Shown: positions 12,842 to 26,700 of the stretch, piece by piece
Position numbering within the stretch: the stretch's first letter is position 1
How the letters are laid out: each line of letters begins with the position of its first letter
Source: Batkoa obscura
Taxonomy: Eukaryota
NCBI GenBank assembly: GCA_030770535.1
Contig: JASVEC010000001.1
Location: 186,001 to 250,000 of the forward strand
Length of the DNA stretch: 64,000 nt
Direction of reading: 5' to 3'
The notes under the pieces: generated by a model
Seen by the model: the letters and a program-made list of their open reading frames with translations, nothing else
Told to the model about the DNA's origin: nothing
Databases searched by the model: none
Position numbers and translations under genes: made by a program

Positions 12842-14120
12842 TTTCAATTAATAGTTGTTGTAATATATAATATAATAGTTTAGTTGTATTAATTAATCAA
12901 TAATTAATAAAATTATAGTAAAGGTAGTTCAATTATTCAATAATTAAATAAGTTTGATAATTTTAAAAGTTCAAAACTTCACTCTTTATATATTCTTTTT
13001 TGAATGCTGACGCTATCATTTTAATCATCCTTATTACTAAGAAAAGCCATTAATATATTTAAAATAATCAAAATTTAACACAAATAAATTAAGTTATGAA
13101 TATTACTGTTCTTGATATAAGAACATATTAAAAAGCTATTGGAATAGCTGAAATCGATTACTTTAGACATTCATCATTTAATGGAGCATATTGTTAATAG
13201 AGGACTATAACCCAAACGATTACCAATATTTAAAATAGCTTTGTTTTGTTTTGTTTTGTTTTGTTGGATGTACTTGTGAATATAATTTATTGTACATTGT
13301 ACACTTGAAAAATTCAAATAATAGTTATAAATTTTTTAATTTATTGTTCTATAACTTGGCTTTATGTTGGCTATATAAGTCAAAAAAATCAACTAAATTA
13401 AAATAACAAATATGTTAAATACAGTAAGTTATTAAGATCCTTAATTCCATTAATTCTATTGAAATAGTTCCGATTCAAAGTTTAAAATTTTCTTGGCAAT
13501 TGACTTAATAGCATCTAATAGATTACATTAGTGACATAAAAGGTATAATATAATAAATAACATAAAGCTAGAAATCAAAGAACTTTTACTGTAATAACTA
13601 TAACAGTTCCTTATATTATTATACTAATAGATAAAGGATGATACAACCTTAGGAAATAAACAAAACTTGGAACACTAATAAATATAGTATATTCTTAAAA
13701 TTAAAACATCATTGACAGTGGTACAGTTTTAAATATTTAATTTTAATAAATAGAATTCGAGCTACATTGTGAAATAGTTGTTTGTTTAACTGGTTTTTAT
13801 TGATTGATATGAGATGAATAAAGATTGTTTACTTATTGATATTTTAATATTAATTCATGAAATACATCGATATTAATGTACTTATTTTATATTCTTAATC
13901 TGATTTTTAAAAAATATGTTAATCTTTCCCTTTCCTTTTAACATAATTATAATACGATATTAAGCACATAAGGTTATAAAAAATTCAAACTTTATTAAAG
14001 GATAAAAATCTTAGTACATTAAACAAGTCAAGCTCAACTATCATAATATTATACAAATTAATGTAACAATATAATAATGTTTATAATGAATTAGATCTAT
14101 TATTTTAAAGAACAATAAAT

Positions 14121-14217
14121 GAAGGTGTTTTTTGGTTTCATCACTTTTTACATTTTTTAAGCGCTATTTGAGCGGAAAGGTTGTTAGTAAAATTCTTAAA
14201 CATAAAAATACATCCCC
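14121..14217. mobile_element. MITE-A copy
   Basis: Family sequence, AAAT TSD on both sides. Confidence 0.85.
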
Positions 14218-14534
14218 AAATTCTATTTTACTTAACCTAATGGTTAAAATATAATAAATCAATGTTGATTTGTATTTTACTATATAAATATGTTTTGTAT
14301 AAAAATCGAATTATTATTTTCTAAATATATTTTAATAAAGAGTGGTTAAAACAAGATAAATATTAATAAGACGGGTAACTTTTAGTTTTGAATAAAATTT
14401 AATAAAAGATAACTAATGTAAATAGAAGTATATTATAATCATTATAATTATTATATTGGTATAAAATGTTAGTAGTAAAGTTTTATATTAAATATAAATT
14501 TAATTATAAACATAATCTATTTTTATATACGAAT

Positions 14535-14631
14535 GGGGATGTATTTCTGTATTTAATAATTTTGTTAATAATTTTTCCGTTTAAATAGCGCTTAAAAAAT
14601 GGAAAAAGTGATGAAACTAAAAAACACCTCC
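14535..14631. mobile_element. MITE-A copy
   Basis: Family sequence GGGGATGT...ACACCTCC. Confidence 0.85.
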
Positions 14632-15250
14632 ATTTATTGAAAACTTATTATCAATTTTTATAAAAAAAGATTTAATAAATTATAAGATCATAGTTTATAT
14701 TTATAAAAAATTAATTAAAAAAATTAAATTTATTCATTGTTAAGTGTTGTTTACAAAAAACATGTAAACCGAAAACAAAATAAAAAGTTAATTGATAAAC
14801 TAATGATAAAATTAACTTTTTAATCTCATAACTTTTAAATAATTATAAAATTTTATTATTGAACATTTTTCTATAAATTAATGCTTGTTTGAAATTATTT
14901 TAAGTGTGATCTATTATTTTGAGGCAAACCTTACATGAATTAATTTTATAACAAATGATTTATCTTGATTTTATTATATATGATAGCAACAGCAGCATGT
15001 AGATGATAATATCAAATGAGAGTACTATCAACTATATTTAATAAAAAACGTACAATTCAACATAAAAGAATAAAAAATAGTAAGCTAAATGATACTCAAG
15101 TGATTTATTAAGAGAATAAAATTAGCGTGATTAAGATCATGCTTAAAAAGAAAATAAAAGAAAAGGTACTTATTGTATCATAAAGTCCATGATCCAATAT
15201 ATATATAAACAAGTCATTAACACATTTGGATAATAACATTTTTTTTAAAA

Positions 15251-16492
15251 ATGAATAAAACATTTTTATTAGCATTATTAGTCAATTTAGTTCTTGGTGA
15301 AAGCTATTCTGGTGAAAAAGTATTAGAGTGTACTTTAGTAAAGGGCAGCAAAGGCAAATTATTTAGTACTTTAGATATTTGGGGGTATGATTTACAAGCT
15401 AAAACTTTTACCGTACGTGTTTTAGATGATAAAGAATATAAACTAGTTACTAATAACACAAAATGTAAAGTAAAAATTGATGATCTTACTGCTCATGTAA
15501 AGGAGTTGGCCGATGCTGAGAATAATAATTTGTCAGTTAAGGCTTCAAACGCTGACCCTTTCTTTAATAACTATCAAAGTTATGCTACTATTGGTTCCAC
15601 TCTTCAACAATGGGCTACACAATATCCAGATTATGCTACTTTTATTCCATCAATTGGTAAATCTACTGAAGGAAGAAATATCTATGCCTTTAAAATTACC
15701 AATAAGAAATCCACTAGTACTAAAAAAGGAATATGGTTTAATTCAGGGTTACATGCTCGTGAATGGATTGGGCCAGCTTCTTCATTATATAGTATTAAAA
15801 AGTTATTAGAAAATGCTAGTACTGCTGAAGTAACTGATCTTTTAAATACTTTTGAGTATCATTATACTCCATTAGCTAATCCAGATGGTTATGAATATAG
15901 TCGTAGTACTAGCCGTTTATGGAGAAAAAATAGAAGAAATAATGGTGGTAGTTATGGTGTTGATCTCAATCGTAATTGGAATGACCATTGGGGTGTTGTT
16001 GGTAGTAGTACCAACCCTCGCTCTGATACTTATCAAGGCCCAAGTCCCAACTCAGAACCTGAAGTAAAAGCACTTGCTGCTTATGCTTTAAATATTCCAA
16101 ACCGATATGGTGGTATTGATTTCCATTCCTATTCTCAGTTGGTATTACGTAATTGGGGTTGGACTACCCAATTATCAGCTAATGAAAAACTAGTCAAACC
16201 ATTAGGAGATGCTATGAGAGACGCTTTTGCAACTAAAGGATATAAATATGTATCTGAAACATCCGCCGATTTATATCCAGCTTCTGGAGCGCTTGATGAT
16301 TGGATGGCATCGGTTGGTAAGTTAGTCTCCTTCACAGTTGAATTATGCCCAGGAGAAGGTTCTTCTATTGGATTCCAATTGCCCGCTTCTGAAATCGTTA
16401 AGTGTTCGGAAGGTTCTTATGCAGCTATTTTGGCTTACTCTAAATACTTGAAGCAAAATCCTAATATTCCACCAAATACTCCAATTCCTTAA
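15251..16492 (+). CDS. Secreted M14A zinc carboxypeptidase (CPB-like), paralogue 1
   Basis: Signal peptide, prodomain, HAREW, RKNR, DLNRN, DFHSY, YPASGALDDW and the catalytic Glu in TVEL. Confidence 0.95.
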   Translation: MNKTFLLALLVNLVLGESYSGEKVLECTLVKGSKGKLFSTLDIWGYDLQAKTFTVRVLDDKEYKLVTNNTKCKVKIDDLTAHVKELADAENNNLSVKASNADPFFNNYQSYATIGSTLQQWATQYPDYATFIPSIGKSTEGRNIYAFKITNKKSTSTKKGIWFNSGLHAREWIGPASSLYSIKKLLENASTAEVTDLLNTFEYHYTPLANPDGYEYSRSTSRLWRKNRRNNGGSYGVDLNRNWNDHWGVVGSSTNPRSDTYQGPSPNSEPEVKALAAYALNIPNRYGGIDFHSYSQLVLRNWGWTTQLSANEKLVKPLGDAMRDAFATKGYKYVSETSADLYPASGALDDWMASVGKLVSFTVELCPGEGSSIGFQLPASEIVKCSEGSYAAILAYSKYLKQNPNIPPNTPIP

Positions 16493-16642
16493 ATTTATCG
16501 CACAATAAATCCCGTAATAACTAAGTTGTATATTTAAAATATTTATATACTCAAACTTTAAACAAAAAATAAATTGGATGAATTTAAATCTTATTAGAAA
16601 AAGCGACACAAGTAAACCAAAAGAATAAAAATATTTTATTAG

Positions 16643-17105
16643 TGTGAAAGTTGATACTCAAGGGTCGGAGTTAAAAGCTACTCTTGCTTAATTAACTTGC
16701 CTTGAGTCGAACGGTCTTAGTTTATGTAACTAAGATAGACTTAAATCAATAGGAGTAATACGCAATAAGCTACGAGCTATGTAAACAAATACAATGGAAG
16801 ATACTACCGTAAAATCTATATAAGATGTTGTCTGAAAGACTTAGTGACCTTATTAATGATACGTTATCAGGGAGTAATCCAATTAAAAAAAGCCTCGAGT
16901 TATCATATTAAAGAATCTCTTTTATACTCCAATAAGTATGGATATTAAAAGGAGATAATATTCTTTGCAATATGAAGTTAGAAATTCTCGCAGCAAATCA
17001 AAATAAGGGACTCTGAATTGATTGTGTTTGAACTTGAGAATACAACAACTTAAGTGATTGTTATGTTATAATCAATCTGAGAGCTAAATAAAGCAATATT
17101 TCACA
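16643..17105 (+). mobile_element. Solo-LTR-like element
   Basis: TGTGAAAG...TTTCACA termini, TTAG 4-bp TSD, three related copies in the window. Confidence 0.75.
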
Positions 17106-17313
17106 TTAGTATGCAAAGTAAATGATGAATATTTCTAAGAATATTAAAATATAGTGTTATTTAATAACACTCATTAAATTTTATTAAGAAAATAGTAAAA
17201 CAATATAAAAAGAAAGGTATCTATAGCAATACCAATGCTTAATTTATAACTTATATTTTATACTATTCTTGCTTATTTAATAGCAAAACTATTGATATAC
17301 TAAATCAACATAG

Positions 17314-17411
17314 GGGGATGTATTTTTTTGTTTAAGAATTTTACTAACAATCTTTCCGCTCAAATAGCACTTAAAAAATGTAAAAAGTGATGAAACCTAA
17401 AAAACATCCCC
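17314..17411. mobile_element. MITE-A copy
   Basis: Family sequence, ATAG TSD on both sides. Confidence 0.9.
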
Positions 17412-17663
17412 ATAGGAATTTTATTGTTTTATTATTCATTTTTTGTAAAGCATAAAATCCAAATAATTATTAGCTAAATACTAAAATAAAAGCACATTCG
17501 CATATTGATTGAATCTATTTATGTCTTGGTTATTGTATTAACAGCAAAAGGAATGAGTTGTTAAATTCATGTTGAAAAAGTTACTGTTTACTTCAACCTG
17601 ATCCTTTTTTAAAACAATTCATTATGGAAATTTATATTTCACTAAAAATCTTATCAAATTTGA

Positions 17664-17760
17664 CATGGTATTTTTTTTGGCTTCATTATTTTTTCCATTT
17701 TTTAAGCGCCATTTGAGCGGAAAAATTGTTCGTAAAATTCTTTAAAAAAAAAACACCATT
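17664..17760. mobile_element. MITE-A copy (degenerate ends)
   Basis: Core TTAAGCGCCATTTGAGCGGAAAA; the ends are eroded. Confidence 0.7.
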
Positions 17761-17945
17761 TAGTCTAGCTATTGAATTGATAGCTAATATTAAAATGAAT
17801 TAAATAAGCCTTGTAAGAGAACTGAATATTACTTAATTTTTATGTTGAATTCAAATTATAAAAACTTCGATTTAATAGAATAAAGTAAGACATAGTTACT
17901 ATTATTTATGAATTTTATTCCATTATTTTAATCAATAAAATACGA

Positions 17946-19187
17946 TTAGAGTGGCTTATTTGGTGGGATATTTGGGTTTTGTTTGAGATATTTCGAATAA
18001 GTTAAAACAGCGGCATAAGTTCCTTCAGCACATTTGACAATTTCAGAAGCAGGTAGTTGGAACCCAGCTGATGAATTATCTCCGGGACATAATTCAACAG
18101 TAAACGAAACTAATTTAGCTACGGATGCCATCCAGTCATCAAGAGCTCCGGAAGCTGGATATAAACCAGCGGATGTATTGGAAGTGTAAGTGTAACCTTT
18201 GGAAGCATAAGCAGCTTTCATAGCATCTCCTAATGGTTTTAACACCTTTTCATTGGCAGATAATTGAGTCGTCCAACCCCAATTACGTAATACTAATTGA
18301 CCATAAGAATGGAAATCAATACCACCATATCGGTTTGGAATATTTAAAGCATAAGCAGCAAGTGCTTTTACTTCAGGTTCTGAGTTAGGACTTGGGCCTT
18401 GATAAACATCTGAAGAGGGAGTGGTACTACTACCAACAACACCCCAATGGTCATTCCAATTACGATTGAGATCAACACCATAACTACCACCATTATTTCT
18501 TCTATTTTTTCTCCATAAACGATTAGTATTACGGGTATATTCATAACCATCTGGATTAGCTAATGGAGTAAAATGAAATTCAAAAGTATTTAATAAGTCA
18601 GTAACTTCGGTACTACTAGTATTCTCTAATAGTTTTTTAAGGGTATATAAACCAGAAGCTGGTGCAATCCATTCACGAGCATGTAACCCTGAATTAAACC
18701 ATATTCCTTTTTTAGTACTAGTGGATTTCTTATTGGTAATTTTAAAGGCATAGATATCTCTTCCTTCAGTAGATTTACCAATTGATGGAATAAAAGTAGC
18801 ATAATCTGGATATTGTGTAGCCCATTGTTGAAGAGTGGAACCAATAGTAGCATAACTTTGATAGTTATTAAAGAAAGGGTCAGCGTTTGAAGCCTTAATT
18901 GAGAAATTGTTGGTTTCAGCTTCAGCTAATTTATTTACATGAGTAGTAAGATCATCAATCTTGACTTTACAGAGTGCATTTGAGTTAGCAAGCTTCAACT
19001 CCGCCTCATTTTGGACACGCAAAGTATAAGTTTTGGTACTATGATCATAACCCCAAACATCTAAGGTGGATAATACCTTTCCTTTTTCATAATTTTGAAC
19101 GGTACAATCTAACACCTTTTCGCCTTGAAAGGTATTTTTTCCAGCAACTAAACTTGCAACTAAAGTTAATAATAAATATTTATTCAT
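17946..19187 (-). CDS. Secreted M14A zinc carboxypeptidase (CPB-like), paralogue 2
   Basis: Same motifs as paralogue 1, convergent orientation; start ATG 19187. Confidence 0.95.
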   Translation of the reverse strand: MNKYLLLTLVASLVAGKNTFQGEKVLDCTVQNYEKGKVLSTLDVWGYDHSTKTYTLRVQNEAELKLANSNALCKVKIDDLTTHVNKLAEAETNNFSIKASNADPFFNNYQSYATIGSTLQQWATQYPDYATFIPSIGKSTEGRDIYAFKITNKKSTSTKKGIWFNSGLHAREWIAPASGLYTLKKLLENTSSTEVTDLLNTFEFHFTPLANPDGYEYTRNTNRLWRKNRRNNGGSYGVDLNRNWNDHWGVVGSSTTPSSDVYQGPSPNSEPEVKALAAYALNIPNRYGGIDFHSYGQLVLRNWGWTTQLSANEKVLKPLGDAMKAAYASKGYTYTSNTSAGLYPASGALDDWMASVAKLVSFTVELCPGDNSSAGFQLPASEIVKCAEGTYAAVLTYSKYLKQNPNIPPNKPL

Positions 19188-21701
19188 TTTGATTAAATTC
19201 AATGATTTGTTTAATTTTTTAATTAGAATTTTTGTGGCTATTTATACTCTAACATCAGATATGTTGATAAACCTCTAAATTTTACTTATGACTTTCTAAA
19301 AGTCATCTTTTTTTAGCGATTTTTCAATAACACTTGTTAGTATTCCTAAAATTAGGTGATTTAATGTATTATTAGTATTGTAAATTTAATAAAAAGAATG
19401 AACATAAACAAAGGAGTAAGAACTAAATGGCATTAAATTTTATAAATTAAATAGCTATTATTATTATTATCATTTTTTATTCGCTTTAAAAGGAAAACTT
19501 GCATTATATAAATAATGATTTTATTTGACCATATATATCTCATGATTTTAGTTAGATGTCTAAACTGAATACAATATTAGTCAATCCGATCAGAAGGTTA
19601 AAGAATGTGACGCTATTAAAAAATTAATGATGAAATTGAACAAAGGACTTCTATAAATTACCAATTCATTTGATTTGTTTCCCGAATTGGAATGACTTGA
19701 TGGCATGTCATCCAACATGTTAATGAGTAAGTAAAATTTTAACTGTCTAAATATGTAGCTATCTTAATTTATAACTTATAGGATCCAAGTGTTATCTTAT
19801 ATTATCGTTTGATTGTATCATTCATGAAATTCACTCATTTCTTATTCTTTTTATGCCTTTGACTATTATATAGAATTGTATACAAACATCAATAAATTAA
19901 TTCGCATTTTAGCTATTGTGTTGAGACGATCCAATATAAGGTATTAAGTTTTTGTACTTTTTATATTATTTGAATGGTTCAAAGTATATCTTTTTGGATT
20001 AAGATATTTAATACATGATATTTCTCAAGAAGAATCAAAGACAGTCCCAATTTACAGTATAAATAATTCATCAATAAATAATGTCAGTAAACTAATGATT
20101 TTTTATACTTTTGAGCTTAAGATGTTCCTATCTCTAATACTCTATAAATCGGATCTTACTATTAATGTGTAAAACTATCAAAATAATACAGATCATATCA
20201 AACATATCAAGTTGCACATAAAATCTATTAAATAAATCTGTAATTTTATTTTAAAATATTATATTAAAATATCAAGATTGAAGTTTTTACTTTGATCCAG
20301 GTTCTTTAAGTATGTTAGAAAATAGTTATAGTAGTATAATGATAAATTAGATGTAGAGTGCGAGTGAGTATAAAACTAGCTTTTAATGTAATATAAATAG
20401 GCTACAAATTCACGGTTTAAAGTTTACAACGTTTTAAGTTTAAAGCTATTTTCAAAATCTCTAAAATAATTTCAAATATTTAATTATTTAGTGAATATAT
20501 CATTAAATTCCTTAAAATTTGACTAATTAGCTTCGTGATTGGATAGTTTTAAAAACTGGGAAATTATCGTAACGTAATAGTGGTGCTTAATGGCTGAAGT
20601 GTGGTAATAAATGAGTATATACAGGTTTTTAAAAGATAAGATTAAAGTAAATTAAAAAATCGTCAAGAAATTATTGATCTCAGTTTTATTTATTACAATA
20701 CAATTATATTAAAATGTAGTACTAAATTACTTTAAATTAATGGATAAATCCAAAAACTCGGTTCAAACTAAAGATAAAGCTTTACAACTTACTCTAGGTT
20801 TTACCCTTACAAAATTTAACAAGGATTATCCTTTTTCTTATCATTTTATCCACTTTTTATGCAACGTAAAATTTAAGCGAAATTAATTGTCAAATTGGGA
20901 ATTAAAAAAGATATTCATATATGCTTATTTTAAAACTATAAAAAATAATTGTTTTATAGCATTTACACTTAATTTTTAATTTTAGCATAAATAAAAACCG
21001 GAAAAAGTGAATCTTTAGTTAATTTATCCCAATTTAAAATGCACCAAATTTAATCTTTAAGGTTTAAATTCAAATGTGCAATGTTTTTCAAAAGAAACTC
21101 GGTTAATATTCGTCGAATTTTTTTCAAAACGTAATTCATAGGCTTTACTGTGACTTGTGTCTAGAATTTTATTTTTAAATAAGCCGTTAGACACTACACA
21201 TTTGAATACAAACAGTCATATTTAATTTAAATTATCAGAAACTAGCCAGCTTTGAAAGAATTTTATACATTAGAGTATTAACTATAATGATAGTAACATT
21301 AAAGGAAGAATAACCGCTTAATAATGCAAACGGAAGTAATTAATGTCCATTTTTAAATTAAATAAAATAATAGCATAGCGTGATATTAAAAAAATACAAT
21401 GAATATGCAAAAGAAGTAGTAATTATCAGTTGACAATAAAAATAGCCGCCTATTAAATAATTAAAACCATTCATTATCATGCAGGATAAAAGTAGGAATA
21501 AAGGTGGTAACAAGAAGCAGGGAAGAATTATTTTAGAATATTATTTTAATAAAATATTAATTAGAATAAATATAATAACTAATTAATGCTCCCTAAGTTT
21601 AACTCCATTATAATATTCAATTTTTTATTTAAAATATGTGGTTTCAGTCGCAATATATAAGAGAGCATTGCAAATCAAAGTTCAATTTATATTTTCTAAT
21701 T

Positions 21702-22472
21702 ATGAAACCAACTATTTTCTTATCTTTTTTATCTCTTGTAGCTTCTCAAACTAAAGAAGATAACATTTTTCCACCAGCTCGTATTGTTGGTGGTTATGAA
21801 GTATCTCCTAAATTTAAATATCCATGGATGGCCTCTCTTCAATATAACGGTAGACACTCATGCGGTGGTGCTTTGATTAATGGCAACACTATTATATCCG
21901 CTGCTCATTGTGTTATTGGTGCTGATTCTTCTTGGAAAGCTTCGATTCATCGACATAATTTAACATTAACTCCCAAAGCTGAAGGCGGCAAGACCTACCA
22001 AGTTATTAAACGCATTTCTCATCCTCTATATGACGCTTCAACCAATGCAAATGATGCTGCTGTTTGGAAAATCGATAGTACTGATTTTTCACCTACAGGT
22101 GTAATATTAGATGATGGAAAGTATTCTAATAAGGATGACACTCTTTTGAAGGTTATTGGATGGGGTACTACCTCATCTGGTGGTGCCGTATCTAAAGTAT
22201 TACTTGAAGTTAAAGTACCAGTATTTAATGCTGATAAATGTAAGAAAGCATACCCAGATTTAGACACCGTTACCCAATTTTGTGCTGGATATCCGGAGGG
22301 CGGTAAAGACTCATGTCAAGGTGATTCTGGAGGTCCTATGTTTATTGAAGAAAACAAAGTACCGGTTTTAGTTGGTATTGTTTCATGGGGTAGAGGATGC
22401 GCTCTTAAAGGCTACCCAGGCGTATATACTCGTACTTCAGCTATTACTAATTTCATCAAACAATATTTATAA
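21702..22472 (+). CDS. Secreted trypsin (S1A) T1
   Basis: Signal peptide, R|IVGG activation site, SAAHC, DAA, GKDSCQGDSGGP; start ATG 21702. Confidence 0.95.
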   Translation: MKPTIFLSFLSLVASQTKEDNIFPPARIVGGYEVSPKFKYPWMASLQYNGRHSCGGALINGNTIISAAHCVIGADSSWKASIHRHNLTLTPKAEGGKTYQVIKRISHPLYDASTNANDAAVWKIDSTDFSPTGVILDDGKYSNKDDTLLKVIGWGTTSSGGAVSKVLLEVKVPVFNADKCKKAYPDLDTVTQFCAGYPEGGKDSCQGDSGGPMFIEENKVPVLVGIVSWGRGCALKGYPGVYTRTSAITNFIKQYL

Positions 22473-24069
22473 AATTAAAAAATCATTTTAGACGCTTAAT
22501 AAAAACAAATCCATTATGAACTAAACTTTTCTGTTTCCCATAGTCATTTATTTAACTTTAATTTTGAAATAAAAAGTCAACTATTTTAAAATGTTGGTAA
22601 CAGATTTACATCAGACCACATTTGTAGTTAATTTGTAAATTTAATTAAATGTTGAGGTTATGGATTTTGTTTCTGAAAGTTAATTAGGATAACTCCTGGC
22701 TGACGATCCTCAACATTTCTCCAAAACTTTTGACTTCGGCCCTTATTGCAGGTCAGATACAGGCTTTCTCTAGGAAAATTTCAGTCTAAAATTTCAGTCT
22801 AAACTTCAGTAAAATCTTTGTCCTATTTCAGAGTATTTATCCATCATACAAAGCACCAAAGAGCTAACAAAAACAAGTTTGAAATACGCAAAAATCGAAA
22901 ACTTGTTTTAGATTCATGCTTTATTTTATCATTCTAATTTATATAAGATAAAAAAATAATAAATTTCAACTAAGCCACTATCAATCTGGGATCCTTGAAA
23001 AAGAATTTGATTATTAATATTTATATGACAAGTGGAGAACTATTTATCTCATGTTAAAAACGAGTTAATAAGATAAGCCATTATCAAGGACATTTTTTTA
23101 TCTCTCTAGTTAGTATATGTTATGTCTTTCAATACAACATATTTTTAATTTTTGAAATAAAATTTAAAGTTTTTCTGGGATTTTAGTCTAGGATTTTTAT
23201 GGTGAATGCTATATGATAACATTAGAGCTTATTCTTTAAACAAATGCTAAAATACAAAAAATAATATACTATGAGATATCAAAATGTGCTTCAGCTAAAT
23301 CTGAATACAACTTTTTTATATATAACTGAAGCCAGATGAGTTTATCATATATACGAAATTTCGTGGTTTATTTTACAATTTGCATAAATAAATATAGAGC
23401 TATACTCCTTAAATTAAAACCAATAGTATTAAAAAGCTATTAAATCTGATCAGTTTAAAAGTATATCTTATAAAAATAAATAAAAGCGAAATTTTTAGTA
23501 TAAATCTTGTACACTAATCACACAATTAATAAAGTAGCTTAGAGTGCTTTTTTATCTATTATCCAAAACAGAATTTATTGAACTAGATATCTGAAATCTG
23601 ATAGCACATTATGAATCTATTTATTCTTTATATAAAATTGGTACATTCAATGTATTATCTAATAAAATGTGACCTATAGTAAAAAGCAATATTTGAAGAC
23701 AGGCACATGCGCAACATAGATGAACCATTACTAGAATACAAATATAAACAATGCTATTAGAATGTCATATTATAGTTTTAAGACAAAAATAGCAACAATA
23801 ATATTATTTAATAAAAACAAAGGTTTGCGTTTTACTAAATTAACTGAACTTAAATAAATTAAAAATAAATACTAACCTTTAGCAAATTAAAAACTAATAA
23901 CATGATCGTGTTGCATCATTTTAAAAAAAAACTAGTGACCAAATAATGGTCATCCTTAAAACAATAAAATTTGTATGTTAAACCTGAAATATTAGTAACT
24001 AAGCGATTGATAACAAGCTATAAAAGCAAGTTCAAGAACTCAAGTTTTAGTTATCGATTTATTGAAAAC

Positions 24070-24843
24070 ATGAAATCTGCCATTTTATTATCTCTTTTAT
24101 CTCTTGTAGCTGCTCAAACCAAAGAAACTGGTCTTTTCCCACCTGCTCGTATCGTCGGTGGTTATGAAGTTTCTCCTCAATTTAAATATTCATGGGTAGT
24201 CTCTCTTCAATATAACGGTAGACACTCATGTGGTGGTACCTTAGTTAATGGAAATACCATTGTATCCGCTGCACATTGTGTCATTGGTGCCGATTCTGCC
24301 TGGAAAGCTTCTGTTCATCGTCATGACTTAAGCAAAACTCCTGAAGCTGAGAGTGGTAAGACTTACAACGTTGTAAAACGTGTTAAGCATCCTCTTTACA
24401 ACACTTCAACTAACGCATATGACTCTGCTGTTTGGAAGATTGATGCTCCAGCTGGTCCATCCACTGGTGTATTATTAGATAGTGGTAAATGGGCAAATGC
24501 TGATAACACTCTCTTAAAAGTTATTGGATGGGGTACTACTTCATCTGGTGGTGCTGTATCTAAGGTATTACTCGAAGTCAAAGTACCAGTTTTCAATGCT
24601 GATCAATGCAAAAAGACTGCTTATGGTACTCTTGACACTACTACTCAATTCTGTGCTGGTTACCCAGAAGGTGGTAAAGACTCATGCCAAGGTGATTCTG
24701 GAGGTCCATTATTCATTGAAGAAAACAATGCCCCAGTATTAGTTGGTATTGTTTCATGGGGTAGAGGATGCGCTCTTAAAGGTTACCCAGGTGTATATAC
24801 TCGTGCTGCCGCTGTTGCTGATTTCATCAATCAAAATTTATAA
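24070..24843 (+). CDS. Secreted trypsin (S1A) T2
   Basis: Same motifs as T1; start ATG 24070. Confidence 0.95.
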   Translation: MKSAILLSLLSLVAAQTKETGLFPPARIVGGYEVSPQFKYSWVVSLQYNGRHSCGGTLVNGNTIVSAAHCVIGADSAWKASVHRHDLSKTPEAESGKTYNVVKRVKHPLYNTSTNAYDSAVWKIDAPAGPSTGVLLDSGKWANADNTLLKVIGWGTTSSGGAVSKVLLEVKVPVFNADQCKKTAYGTLDTTTQFCAGYPEGGKDSCQGDSGGPLFIEENNAPVLVGIVSWGRGCALKGYPGVYTRAAAVADFINQNL

Positions 24844-26700
24844 TTTTTTAAGTAAAAATTGAATTATTTTAAATTGGAATATTAATTTTTAGAAACTAAT
24901 TTTAGCTAACTAATATTTTTATGATCACTATTGCTAATATTTCCCCCAATACATTTTAAAAATTAGCTTTTAGCACCTTTTATAATAACCTAAAAATTTT
25001 AAATAAGGAAACAATTCAAAATTACCAGCTCTAGAGAGTACAGCGTATATATTTATTGAGTTAGTTTATAAATAAAAATACTTTATAAAATAACACATTG
25101 CAATTAAATTCATCAGGGATATGTTTATTTCATATGCTATAATGATTTTAAAGATTAAGTCTAACGTTGTATTATATCAGATATATAAATTATTACTTGA
25201 TTGTCGCTGTTTTGATTTACAGTTTCCATACTGCTTCCAATATTACCATAATTTGATAAAAGTTGATTAAAAACTTATTAAAACAATCTTATTTTAAAAA
25301 TGATACAATTTAGCTTAAAATAACTTCTTACATTATATTTTAAATTCATGTCATTAAAAAGTAAATTAAAGAGCTATTGTATACTATATAATGAAATCCG
25401 TTATATTATAAGGCTTTAGTTAGATTATGTTATAGCTAGGTATCAGCATCTTTTTTGTAGTTCCAAACTAATGATAGAAAATTTAATAGCTAAATTATGT
25501 TCATAAATTTTTTTAAGTAAAAATTCATTGCAATTATTTATAATGAGAGTTAATAGTTTAAGTTGTCATAGAAATTTATAAACTTTTTATTTATGTGATG
25601 TTTCTATATATTATTTTCATATCATTATTCTTATTTTATAAATATATATTAAACACGCTCAAAATAGAGTTTACTATTTATAACTATTTAAAATTTATTG
25701 TTATTTATAAAAAGATAAACATAAAAATATTCATGATCATATTATATGAACTACTTGTTTATTAGAAAATAAAGTTAACTGAAAATGCAAAATAAATATA
25801 AGATAAAATATTTATAAAATTTTAATCTATTGGTTTATTAAACATCAAAGTAAAATTCATTGTATATATGGGAATGTCCTTTTACTTTCAACTACCTCTC
25901 CATCTTTAAGCGATGTTGAATAATTTTTTTAGTAAAACTTTAACAAAAAGAAATAATTATATTTTTTTTCACTTTTCAATTAGTAAAATATAAATTATTT
26001 CAGTTTATTATTTTGTTAGCATTTGAATTTAGCTGACAATTGTGTATTTATTAACTTTCAATTAAACAAAACTCTCTTAAATGCGTTTTCCATATATACG
26101 TACCTTGTTTAATATTACACAAAACAATAATTGTACAAAAACTTATCTATTACATTTGAGATCATCTGATGAAACTTATTAATTTATTTTCTAAAAATAA
26201 TTCCTTTTTTTGTCACTTGTTATCTTTGATGCCAAAATTAAATTATGTATTTTTACTTTTATGTATTATTTTTTGGGATATATTTTACAATAAACTATAA
26301 AGCCATAACTATGGCATACTATTTGTAGATAATTAAAATTACATACCATATCATATAGTATTAGAATGAATCTAACTTTATAGAAAAAATAATAAATAGA
26401 TAAGAATAAAATTTAATAGATGACTAAATTTAATAAAGAATAAATAGCACATTAACAATGCTATAAAAATCAACTTTAATTTTACAGCAGCTCAGTTCTC
26501 ATGTTTTAGCATATAACTATAAAGTTTACTAATAAATTTTTCATAAACAAAGGAATAAACTTATCATTAGATGTCATTGTATCATGTAAATGTTTATTAT
26601 TGATGAATAGGTTATGAACTAAAATAAATCCAACCCGCTTTATTAAAAAAACAAGTATATATAAGTAATTAAAAACAACTAAAGTCTTTATAGTTATAAG

